Assembly (NCBI GenBank): GCA_963744995.1 | Contig: CAVUWA010000004.1 | Coordinates: 96,001 to 160,000, forward strand | DNA length: 64,000 bases | Direction of reading: 5' to 3' | Source: Candidatus Eiseniibacteriota bacterium | GTDB lineage: Bacteria > Eisenbacteria > RBG-16-71-46 | In this document: positions 27,650 to 35,728 of the stretch, piece after piece | Layout: every line of letters begins with the position of its first letter | Numbering within the stretch: the stretch's first letter is position 1 | The notes under the pieces: generated by a model | Databases searched by the model: none | The model's input: the letters and a program-made list of their open reading frames with translations, nothing else | What the model was told of the DNA's origin: nothing | Made by a program: the position numbers and the translations under genes

Positions 27650-28125
27650 GGCGAGACCCCGCTCATGATCCAGCCGCGGATCGCCACGTAGTCCGTGTCC
27701 GCCGTGCTCGCGAACGGCTCGTACGGATGAGTCGTCCCGCCCGCAGCGTCGGCGAGCGGCTCGGTGAGGATCGGGCTCTGATCGGGACTGGTGACCGAGA
27801 CCTGAAGGCAGACCTGGTCGAAGTCGAACTGCGCGTCCTTGGCGCCGGGCGGGGAGAGCTGCAGCGTGCCGCGAATGCCGCCGCCGTGGCAGTCGGCCAC
27901 CGCGTCGCAGCCCTGCCGGACGAGGACCGGCTCGACCGTCTGCTGAAACGCCGCGAAGCTCAGCTGCGCGGTCTGCCCACCGGAGGGAGGAGGCGGCGGC
28001 GCGGTCGGCGACGCGCAGCCGCCGTGCACCACCGGCAGCGCCACGAGGGCCAGCCCGATCCAGCGTCTCGAATGGTATCCCGAGCGGGTCGCAGACACGT
28101 GAGTGAAGTCTCCGAGGTCGTGCAC
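27646..28125 (-). CDS. Small lipoprotein with atypical CX5CH motif, putative c-type cytochrome
   Basis: Lipobox-like HGG-C, Pro linker, FQQTVEPVLVRQG-CDAVADCH, a second His (TTHP) and a C-terminal helix IRGWI. Start may instead be GTG 28098. Confidence 0.6.
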   Translation of the reverse strand: MHDLGDFTHVSATRSGYHSRRWIGLALVALPVVHGGCASPTAPPPPPSGGQTAQLSFAAFQQTVEPVLVRQGCDAVADCHGGGIRGTLQLSPPGAKDAQFDFDQVCLQVSVTSPDQSPILTEPLADAAGGTTHPYEPFASTADTDYVAIRGWIMSGVSP

Positions 28126-28261
28126 ATTGCAAGTCCGTCGCGGTGTCCCACGGAACGGTCGACGACCGCCTCCGGCGGGCGTTCACGTTGATCCTTCGTG
28201 CGTTGCGGTCCGCGGGCGGTCGTTCCGTCACACGGCTGCCGAAAACGCGCAGCGTGTTCAG

Positions 28262-28276
28262 GCAAGGAACAGGCCA
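28262..28276 (-). promoter_or_regulatory. Putative sigma54 (-24/-12) promoter of the 19-gene operon
   Basis: Minus strand reads TGGCCTGTTCCTTGC versus consensus TGGCACG-N4-TTGC. Exact GG-N10-GC spacing, about 140 bp upstream of the first gene. Confidence 0.55.
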
Positions 28277-28370
28277 CGTTTGTCAGTGGCGCATGACGTC
28301 GGGGCAGCTGGCGCTGGCAGGTGCTCTGACCGTGCAGACCGCACGGCTTGTGCGAAACGCCCCGGGGCAT

Positions 28371-28401
28371 CCGCACCGGAATGGAGGGCGCTCCGGTGTG
28401 G
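28371..28401. terminator. Hairpin downstream of apbE, possible terminator
   Basis: CCGCACCGGA-N11-TCCGGTGTGG imperfect inverted repeat about 95 bp past the apbE stop. No clear U tract. Confidence 0.3.
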
Positions 28402-28495
28402 GGCGGGGACCTCCGGTCCGGACGGGGCGCGGCGTCGCCGCCGGCGCAGCGGGCGGTTCAGGGCGGGGTCGGTTGCGAAATGCGCGGCGTGGCGC

Positions 28496-29545
28496 TCAGA
28501 ACCACACGACGTGGAACAGATGCGCGGCGCGCGGCTCGAGCGTGAAACGGCTCTCGAGCGAGCGCTCGACGTACACCGTGTCCACCGCCGCGCCCGGCGC
28601 CACCAGCACCGCGTCGAGGTCGTCGCGCTCGAGCGCCTTCGCCCGCGCCGCCGCAGGGCCGAGCACGAACAGCGCGGTGCCCCACGCATCGGCCCACATC
28701 GCTTCGGGCGCCAGCACGGTGACCGAGATCAGGCCCTCGGCCGGAACGCCGGTGCGCGGGTCGATGATGTGGCCATAGGTGCGGCCGTTCGCCGCGACGA
28801 ACTGCTCGTACTTGCCCGAGGTCGCGATCGCGCGGCCGGTGAGCCGGAGCCGCGCGAAGTAGGGCATCCGGTCGCGCGGATCGCGGATGCCGATCCGCCA
28901 TGCGTCGGCGTCCGGCGGGTGGCCCAGCGCGTACATGTTGCCCGAAAGGTCCACCAGTGCATCGGTGACGCCGCGCGTCTCGAGGGCGCGCCGCGCCGCG
29001 TCCACACCGTAGCCTTTGGCGATGCCGCCGAGATCCACGCGCACGTCGGGGCGGTCGAAGGCGAGCGTGCGCTGCTCCGGATCGAAACGCAGCCGGCGCT
29101 CGCCGACCGCCGCGAACGCCTTGCGCACGGTGGCGGAATCGGGCACGTGCGGCGAGCCGCCGAGGAATCCCCAGGCCCTGACCAGCGGCTCGACGGTGAC
29201 GTCGAAGGCGCCGCCGCTCTGACGCCCGACCTGGAGCGCAGCGGCGAGCACGCGTGCGACCTCGGGCTCGACGGTGGCGGTGCCATGCGCCGCGACGCGG
29301 TTGACGCGCGCGATTTCGCTGGTCGTGGTCCAGTTGCTCATCAGCGAGTCCACCCGTTCGAGCGCACGGTGCGCGGCGCGGGCCGCGGGACCGGCGCTGG
29401 CGGAGTCGGCGGCCACGAGGGTCACGTTGGCGTAGGTGCCCATCACGCGGAGCGGGAACGAAAACGGGCGCACCGCCGCCAGCGCGGCGGCGGCGGTCAG
29501 CGGGAGCAGCGCGACGAGCGCCGCGCGAGCGAAATGGCGTCTCAT
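28496..29545 (-). CDS. apbE: FAD:protein FMN transferase
   Basis: ATG 29545. Motifs VMGT, SGGAFDVTVEPLVRAWGF, DLGGIAKGYGVD, ATSGKYE, GHIIDPRTG and ADAWGTALFVLG. Confidence 0.95.
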   Translation of the reverse strand: MRRHFARAALVALLPLTAAAALAAVRPFSFPLRVMGTYANVTLVAADSASAGPAARAAHRALERVDSLMSNWTTTSEIARVNRVAAHGTATVEPEVARVLAAALQVGRQSGGAFDVTVEPLVRAWGFLGGSPHVPDSATVRKAFAAVGERRLRFDPEQRTLAFDRPDVRVDLGGIAKGYGVDAARRALETRGVTDALVDLSGNMYALGHPPDADAWRIGIRDPRDRMPYFARLRLTGRAIATSGKYEQFVAANGRTYGHIIDPRTGVPAEGLISVTVLAPEAMWADAWGTALFVLGPAAARAKALERDDLDAVLVAPGAAVDTVYVERSLESRFTLEPRAAHLFHVVWF

Positions 29546-29685
29546 GGTTCCTTTCGAATCGGCACCGTCGCGATCCCTCGTGGGCGAAGGTCGCGCGCGC
29601 CGCACGAGTCCGCATCCTACACGAAGCCGGTGGCGCGAGACGCGGCGCGGCGCGCCCGGGGCGAGCCCGTCGTGGGCGCGGGCCG

Positions 29686-32439
29686 TCACGCGGCCGCGGC
29701 GCGCGCCCGGGGTGCGGCGCCCGCCCGCCGCCGCGAACGCCGCGCGATTTTCCACAGCTCGATGAGCGTGACCGGCAGCAGCGCCGCGCCGATCAGCAGC
29801 AGCCAGTCGCCCGCGGGCGCCCGGCTCACGTCGAAGAACGGCCTGAGCGGCGCCCACTCGACGACGGCGATCTGCAGCAGCGCCGCCAGCACCAGCGCGC
29901 CGAGCAGCGCGCGGTTGCGCCACGGCCCGATCTCGGGAAGCGTGCGTTGCGGGCTGCGGAACGCCACCGCCAGCGCGAGCTGCGCCAGCGCCGTGACGTT
30001 GAACGCGACCACCCGGGCATAGGAGAGGGCGCCCGGCTCGCGCGCGAGCGCCCACGAGAACATCGCCGCCGCGGTGGCGGCGATCAGCACGCCGGTCGCC
30101 GCGATCACGATCCACTCGCGGGCCGGCAGCAGGCGCGTGGCGGCGCCGTCCGGCCCGCGGCGCATGAGGTCGCTCTCGGCGGGCTCGAGACCGAGCGCGA
30201 GCGCCGGCAGGCCGTCGGTGACCAGGTTGATCCACAGGATCTGCACGGCGACCAGCGGCACCGGCCAGCCGAGGATCGCTGCCACGACCATCAGCAGCAG
30301 CTCGCCCGCGTTCGTGGACAGCAGGTAGCGGACGAACTTGCGGATGTTGTCGAGGATCAGGCGGCCCTCTTCCACGGCGGTGACGATGGTGGCGAAGTTG
30401 TCGTCGAGCAGGATCAGGTCGGCCGCGGCACGGGTGACGTCGGTGCCGGTGCGGCCCATCGCGATACCGATGTCGGCGGCGCGCAGCGCGGGCGCGTCGT
30501 TGACGCCGTCCCCGGTCATCGCCACCACGTGGCGGCGGACGTGCAGTGCGCGGACGATGCGCAGCTTGTGCGCGGCCGTGGCGCGGGCGACGACGTCCAG
30601 CTGGTCCACCCGCCGGGCGAGCTCGGCGTCGCTCAGCGTATCGAGCATGGCGCCGCTCAGGAGCGCGTCCGCGCCGGTGGCGAGGCCGATCTCGCGCGCG
30701 ATCGCGATCGCGGTCTCGGGATGGTCGCCGGTGATCATCAGCGGCCGGATGCCCGCACGGCGGCAGGCCTCGATCGCCGCGGCCGCCTCGGCGCGCGGCG
30801 GATCCATCATGCCCACGAGACCGAGGAGCGTGAGGTCCTGCTCGGCCGCGGCCGGGGCGACGCCGTCGCCAGCGCGCCGGGCGATGGCCAGCACCCGCAG
30901 CGCGCGGCCGGACATGGCCGCGGCGTGCGCGAGCACGGCGCGGCGGCGGGTCGCGTCGAGGCTCCGCTCACCGCCGCCGGCCGCCTCTCGAGTGCAAAGG
31001 GCCAGAATGGTTTCAGGCGCCCCCTTCACGTGCAGGGTGATGTGGGAGTCGGGACCGCGCACGGCGGTGGTCATGCGCCGGCGCTCGGCCTCGAACGGGA
31101 TCTCGAACACCCGCGCCGCGTGGTCCATGTCGGGCTCGAGACCGGCCTCGAGCGCCGCGGCGATCAAGGCGGTCTCGGTCGGATCGCCGCTGAGGTCGAG
31201 GCCGGCGCCGTCCGCCTCACGGACGCAGCGTACATGGGTGCAGAGCGCGGCCGACTCCAGCAGCGGCAGCAGCCCCGGCGCGTCGGCGGCTCGCACCGGG
31301 ATGGCGGCCGGCGGCCCGCCCGCGGGATCCTCGCGCAGCCGGCTGAAGCTGCCGACGTGCGTATCGCCGGCGCCTTCGACCCGCACCAGGGCGTCGGCCG
31401 TGTGAATCTCGCGGACGGTCATTTCGTTGCGCGTCAGCGTGCCGGTCTTGTCCGAGCAGATGACGTCCACCGAGCCCAGCGTTTCCACGCTCGCCAGCCT
31501 GCGCACCAGCGCGTTGCGCCGTGCCATGCGCTGCACGCCGAGCGCGAGCACCACCGCGACCACGGCCGGAAGCCCTTCGGGCACGGCGGCGACCGCCAGG
31601 CTCACGGCGAGCAGCATGACCTCGAGCAGCGGCATCCCGCGCACGGCGTGCGTGACGCCGAACACGATCACGATGCCGACGCAGATCGCCGCCAGCACGC
31701 GGCCGAAGGCGGCGAGCCGCACCTGCAGCGGCGTTTCGCCGCGCTCGATGGTCTCGAGCAGGGTGGCGATGCCGCCGAGCTCGGTGGCGGCCCCGGTCGC
31801 GGTGACGATCGCGCGCGCGCGGCCCGTGACCGCGACCGTGCCGAGGAACACCATGTTGGTGCGGTCGGCGAGCGGACAGTCGGCGGCGAGCGCCGTCGCC
31901 GCGTGCTTGCGCACCGGCATGGATTCACCGGTGAGCGCCGATTCCTGTGTGGCGAACTCCGCGGTTTCGACGAGCCGCGCGTCCGCGGGCACGCGATCGC
32001 CGGACTCCAGCTCGATCACGTCGCCGGGGACGAGCTCCGCCGCGGCGCGGGCGCGGGCGACGCCGTCACGCACCACCTTCGCGAGCGGCGCGGCCATGGC
32101 TTCGAGCGCGCGGATCGAGCGTTCGGCACGCACTTCCTGCACGATCGACAGCACCGCGTTCAGGATCATGATCACCAGGATCGCGATCGCATCCACGGTT
32201 TCGTGCAGCCACAGCGTGACGCCCACCGCGGCGAGCAGGAGCAGCATGAGGGTGTTGGCGAACGGCTTGACGAGGCGCGCCGCCCACGATGGGCCCGGCG
32301 GTGCGGGCAGCACGTTCGGCCCCGCCTCGCGCAGGCGCTCCGCGATGCCGGCGGCGGGGAGCCCGTGCGCCGGGTCGGTGCGCAGGGCGGCGGCGACGGC
32401 GGCCACCGCACTGGCGTGCCATGCGATCCTGTCGGCCAC
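29686..32439 (-). CDS. Cation-transporting P-type ATPase (type IIA, Ca2+-ATPase-like)
   Basis: GTG 32439 after GGAGGAGG. Motifs [42 protein letters not shown] and LWINLVTDG. Confidence 0.95.
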   Translation of the reverse strand: MADRIAWHASAVAAVAAALRTDPAHGLPAAGIAERLREAGPNVLPAPPGPSWAARLVKPFANTLMLLLLAAVGVTLWLHETVDAIAILVIMILNAVLSIVQEVRAERSIRALEAMAAPLAKVVRDGVARARAAAELVPGDVIELESGDRVPADARLVETAEFATQESALTGESMPVRKHAATALAADCPLADRTNMVFLGTVAVTGRARAIVTATGAATELGGIATLLETIERGETPLQVRLAAFGRVLAAICVGIVIVFGVTHAVRGMPLLEVMLLAVSLAVAAVPEGLPAVVAVVLALGVQRMARRNALVRRLASVETLGSVDVICSDKTGTLTRNEMTVREIHTADALVRVEGAGDTHVGSFSRLREDPAGGPPAAIPVRAADAPGLLPLLESAALCTHVRCVREADGAGLDLSGDPTETALIAAALEAGLEPDMDHAARVFEIPFEAERRRMTTAVRGPDSHITLHVKGAPETILALCTREAAGGGERSLDATRRRAVLAHAAAMSGRALRVLAIARRAGDGVAPAAAEQDLTLLGLVGMMDPPRAEAAAAIEACRRAGIRPLMITGDHPETAIAIAREIGLATGADALLSGAMLDTLSDAELARRVDQLDVVARATAAHKLRIVRALHVRRHVVAMTGDGVNDAPALRAADIGIAMGRTGTDVTRAAADLILLDDNFATIVTAVEEGRLILDNIRKFVRYLLSTNAGELLLMVVAAILGWPVPLVAVQILWINLVTDGLPALALGLEPAESDLMRRGPDGAATRLLPAREWIVIAATGVLIAATAAAMFSWALAREPGALSYARVVAFNVTALAQLALAVAFRSPQRTLPEIGPWRNRALLGALVLAALLQIAVVEWAPLRPFFDVSRAPAGDWLLLIGAALLPVTLIELWKIARRSRRRAGAAPRARAAAA

Positions 32440-32585
32440 GCGGATTCCCCTCCTCCCGGCCGGACGGCGGACGCGCACCCGCCGCCTGCACCCGTCGAAG
32501 TGCCGCCGCGGGCCGGCGATCTCGCGCGGGCCGCGCGGCAGGCAGCCCGTGCCCTGCTGCACTGTCCCGCGCCGGACCCGGCGTC

Positions 32586-35300
32586 TCAGTTCGAGGGACG
32601 CCGCTCGCCGGGCGGACGCAGCAGACCGTGCCTGCCCTTCGGCTGCACGTGCGGATCATGACAGCCGAGGCAATCCGCGGTCTGCACGTCCATGCCGGGG
32701 TGTTTCTGTTTCAGCGTCACCGAGGTGCGACCGTGGCAGGACAAGCAGAGTTCGGGGCCCCGTTTGCGGGTCATGCCCGGGAAGTCCGAGCCGTGGCGCG
32801 CGTGGCAGGTGAGGCACATGCCGTTGCCGACCGGCGCGTGCGTGTCGCCGGCGCGGATGCGCGCGACGAGATCGGCGTGACAGTCTCCGCACAGCGCCAC
32901 GGTCGGCTTCACGAGCAGTCCGCGGCGCCGCCCCTGATGGGGCGAGTGGCATGCCGTGCAATCGCCCTGGGCCGCGGGCGGATGCGCGTGCGTCGCGGCC
33001 GTCTCGCTCGCGACGCCGGGGTGGCACGTGCCGCAGAGCTGCGGCTCGGGGGAGCGCAGCAGGTGGGGCTGGCTCGCCGCATGCGGCGTGTGGCACGCGA
33101 CGCAGTCGCCGCTCGCGACCGGCGGATGCACGCGCGTCTCGGGTGTGTCCGGCTTCGTGACCTCATGGCAGTCGTTGCAGAGCGTTCGCGCCGGCTCGGC
33201 GAGGTTCGCCGCGCCCGGCGTGCCGTCCCCGTGACATGCGGTGCAGTCGCCCTCGGCGAATCCGGGGTGCGCATGCGCGGGGATCAGGCCGGCCGCGTCC
33301 GAATCGTGTGGCGCGTGGCAGTCGAGGCAATTCACCTCCGTGAGGTCCGCGCCCATGTGCTTCGCGCGCAGCGCCGCATCGGCGGTGTCGTGACAGTTCG
33401 CGCAGAGGTCCGGCACTTTCTCCGTCAGATCGGGCTTCACCCTTCCGCCGTGCGGATCATGGCAGGCGAGGCAATCGCCGCTCGCGACCGGCGGATGCAC
33501 GTGGTCGCCGCGATGGCCGATGGCGGGGTGGCACTTCGCACACAGGTCGGCGCCCGTGGCGACCAGCAGGTCGGTGGCATCGGAGCCGTGCGGGTCGTGG
33601 CAGTCGCCGCAGCGCCCGGCGGCCGCCGGCGGGTGGGGGGCGGGCCCCGCGATCTTCGCTTCGATGTCGGCGTGGCAGGTGGTGCAGAGCGAGCGCTCGT
33701 CTTCGGTGAGCAGGGCCGCTCCCTGGCCGCCGTGCGCTCCGTGACAGGCGAGGCAGTCGCCGTCGGCGGCCGGCGGGTGCGGGTTCGCGGCATGCGTCCG
33801 TTCGACCGTTTCCGCGTGGCAGGTGCCGCACAGGGCGGCGCCGTCGGCGCGCGTCAGCGCCCTGCCGGGCGACTGGTGCGGATCGTGGCACGCGGTGCAG
33901 TCGCCGCTCTCGAACGGTGCATGCGCGGTCGCGCCGGCGAGCGCCCGTGGTTGATCCTCGTGACACGCGAGGCAGGTTTTGCCCACGCTCTGGCGCAGGA
34001 GGTGCGGGTTCGGACCGCTGTGCGGCACGTGGCAGCCGAGGCAGTCCTTCGCCGCGGCGGGTGGATGCACGCCCTTGCCGGCGGCGATGCGCGTGGCCAG
34101 GTCCTTGTGACAGTCGAGGCACATGGTGCCGTCGGTCGAACGCACCAGACCCGCCCGCTCCGAGCCGTGCGGGTCGTGGCAGGCCGCACAGTCGCCGTCG
34201 GCGAATGCGCGATGCACCACCGGCTGCTGGAACGCTTCCTCGAGATCGCCGTGGCACTGGCCGCACAGTTCGCGCGGCGCATCCCTGAGCAGCCCGCGGC
34301 CGGCTCTGCGGCCATGCGGATCGTGGCAGGTGAGGCATTCGCCGCCGGCGGCCGGGGGATGCGGGTGGCTGCGGTCGGCGAGGCCGTCCAGGTCGGCGTG
34401 ACAGGTGATGCAGAGGTCCGGCGGTTCCATGACGAGCGCCCGCGTCGGCGAGCCGTTGCCCATCTCATGGCAGACGTCGCACTCGCCCGCGGCCACGGGC
34501 GGATGCGCGCCGGCGCGCTGGAGGTGCGACCCGTCGGAGGCGTGCGGGCTGTGGCAGCTCGTGCAGGGGAGATTCCCGCGCGTCACCTTCGCGTGCTTCT
34601 TCTCGACCGTCTTCGCCGGGTGGCATCGCAGGCACAGTCCGGGGACGTCGCTCACGAGCAGATTCGGCCCGGGCGCGTCGTGGCCGCGGTGACAGGAGGA
34701 GCAGCGGCCGCTTCGGAACGGGCCATGCAGATGCGTGTCCTGCGCTTCGCGCGCCGCGGTGGCGTGGCACTTGAAGCAGGTTTCGGCGGGCCCGCCATCC
34801 TTCATCAGATGGGGCGCGTTCGCGGCGTGCGGATCGTGGCAGGCGCTGCAGTCACCGCGCTCGAACGGCGCATGGGGATGGGCGGCGCCGGTGTCGGCCG
34901 CCACGCTCGCATGACAGCGCAGGCACAGGGCGGGCTCGGGCATAACGAGCAGCAGCGCACCCTCGGGCCCGTGCTCCGCATGGCACGCCGTGCAGTCCTT
35001 CTTCCGCACCGGGTCGTGCACGTGCTGCTTCGAGCGGACGGTCTTCTTCAGCGCACCGTGGCAGGTGTAACAGTCGGCCTGCTTCGCCGCGGCCGCGGGC
35101 CCGGCCCATGCACCGAGGAGCGCGGCGCAGACCAGCGCAACCGGAACCGCCGAGGCCCACCGCGCGAGGCGGCGCAGCGGATCGACGGGCGCCGCGCGTC
35201 GGCCGCCACGCGTGGCACGCGTGGTCCCCCTCACCTCACCGCCAGGGCGTTCCGGCGGCGTGGCGCGACCGTCACTCCGATGTATGTTTCCAAAGGACAT
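32586..35300 (-). CDS. Giant multiheme cytochrome c, 34 CxxCH motifs (doubled/paired CxxCH repeats)
   Basis: Manual count of 34 CxxCH, mostly in H-x-P-x4/5-CxxCH-xxH-x13/15-L-CxxCH units. Sec-type signal peptide ends AAAA. Start uncertain (ATG 35300 or GTG 35234). Confidence 0.92.
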   Translation of the reverse strand: MSFGNIHRSDGRATPPERPGGEVRGTTRATRGGRRAAPVDPLRRLARWASAVPVALVCAALLGAWAGPAAAAKQADCYTCHGALKKTVRSKQHVHDPVRKKDCTACHAEHGPEGALLLVMPEPALCLRCHASVAADTGAAHPHAPFERGDCSACHDPHAANAPHLMKDGGPAETCFKCHATAAREAQDTHLHGPFRSGRCSSCHRGHDAPGPNLLVSDVPGLCLRCHPAKTVEKKHAKVTRGNLPCTSCHSPHASDGSHLQRAGAHPPVAAGECDVCHEMGNGSPTRALVMEPPDLCITCHADLDGLADRSHPHPPAAGGECLTCHDPHGRRAGRGLLRDAPRELCGQCHGDLEEAFQQPVVHRAFADGDCAACHDPHGSERAGLVRSTDGTMCLDCHKDLATRIAAGKGVHPPAAAKDCLGCHVPHSGPNPHLLRQSVGKTCLACHEDQPRALAGATAHAPFESGDCTACHDPHQSPGRALTRADGAALCGTCHAETVERTHAANPHPPAADGDCLACHGAHGGQGAALLTEDERSLCTTCHADIEAKIAGPAPHPPAAAGRCGDCHDPHGSDATDLLVATGADLCAKCHPAIGHRGDHVHPPVASGDCLACHDPHGGRVKPDLTEKVPDLCANCHDTADAALRAKHMGADLTEVNCLDCHAPHDSDAAGLIPAHAHPGFAEGDCTACHGDGTPGAANLAEPARTLCNDCHEVTKPDTPETRVHPPVASGDCVACHTPHAASQPHLLRSPEPQLCGTCHPGVASETAATHAHPPAAQGDCTACHSPHQGRRRGLLVKPTVALCGDCHADLVARIRAGDTHAPVGNGMCLTCHARHGSDFPGMTRKRGPELCLSCHGRTSVTLKQKHPGMDVQTADCLGCHDPHVQPKGRHGLLRPPGERRPSN

Positions 35301-35374
35301 GGGCAGGCGCTGCACCCGGAAAGAGTCGAAAGCAGGGCCCGGCGGAGTTCCGCGCAGGCGCAACCCGTTCAACT

Positions 35375-35389
35375 GCAATGGCGATGCCA
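35375..35389 (-). promoter_or_regulatory. Putative sigma54 promoter of the multiheme cytochrome gene
   Basis: Minus strand reads TGGCATCGCCATTGC(A), close to consensus TGGCACG-N4-TTGC(A/T). Confidence 0.7.
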
Positions 35390-35662
35390 CGGCACGGGCG
35401 TTCGCGCCGAAGTGGCAAAGTCGTTTGATCGCAATGCCGCGGCCGCAGCACGGCAGCGCGCGGGCGAGTCTCCATCCACCATCGGACCATGCGCGGGTGT
35501 CATGGCACAAGGGCCGGGGGGACAGTCTGTCATGCGGCGTGCCGTTTTCGGCGGAGCGGCCGCCACCGGCACGACGCCGTCACGGCGGCGGCCTGCACGG
35601 AAGATCGCCTCCCGCATGGACCTGCGCACGCGGCGGTGCCGGTCCGCCCGGCGCGCCGCATT

Positions 35663-35677
35663 CGGTACGGATGTTGC
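35663..35677 (+). promoter_or_regulatory. Putative sigma54 promoter of ccmF
   Basis: CGGTACGGATGTTGC with GG-N10-GC spacing, 51 bp upstream of ATG 35729. Confidence 0.55.
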
Positions 35678-35728
35678 CTTTCCGGGCCGCGGAGGATTCA
35701 CGCGCAACCGTTCTCGCCGAGGTCCGAC

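Noticed and set aside
29546..29685. FMN riboswitch upstream of apbE
   Set aside because: I could not find the conserved RFN sequence blocks on the coding strand.
32538..32554. Sigma54-like element upstream of the P-type ATPase (GGGCACGGGCTGCCTGC on minus)
   Set aside because: The GG-to-GC spacing is not the required 10 nt.
32586..35100. Repetitive DNA (recurring GTGGCA / TGCCAC units) as a CRISPR or tandem repeat
   Set aside because: The periodicity comes from Cys-His codons of the CxxCH protein repeats. There are no identical repeats with unique spacers.
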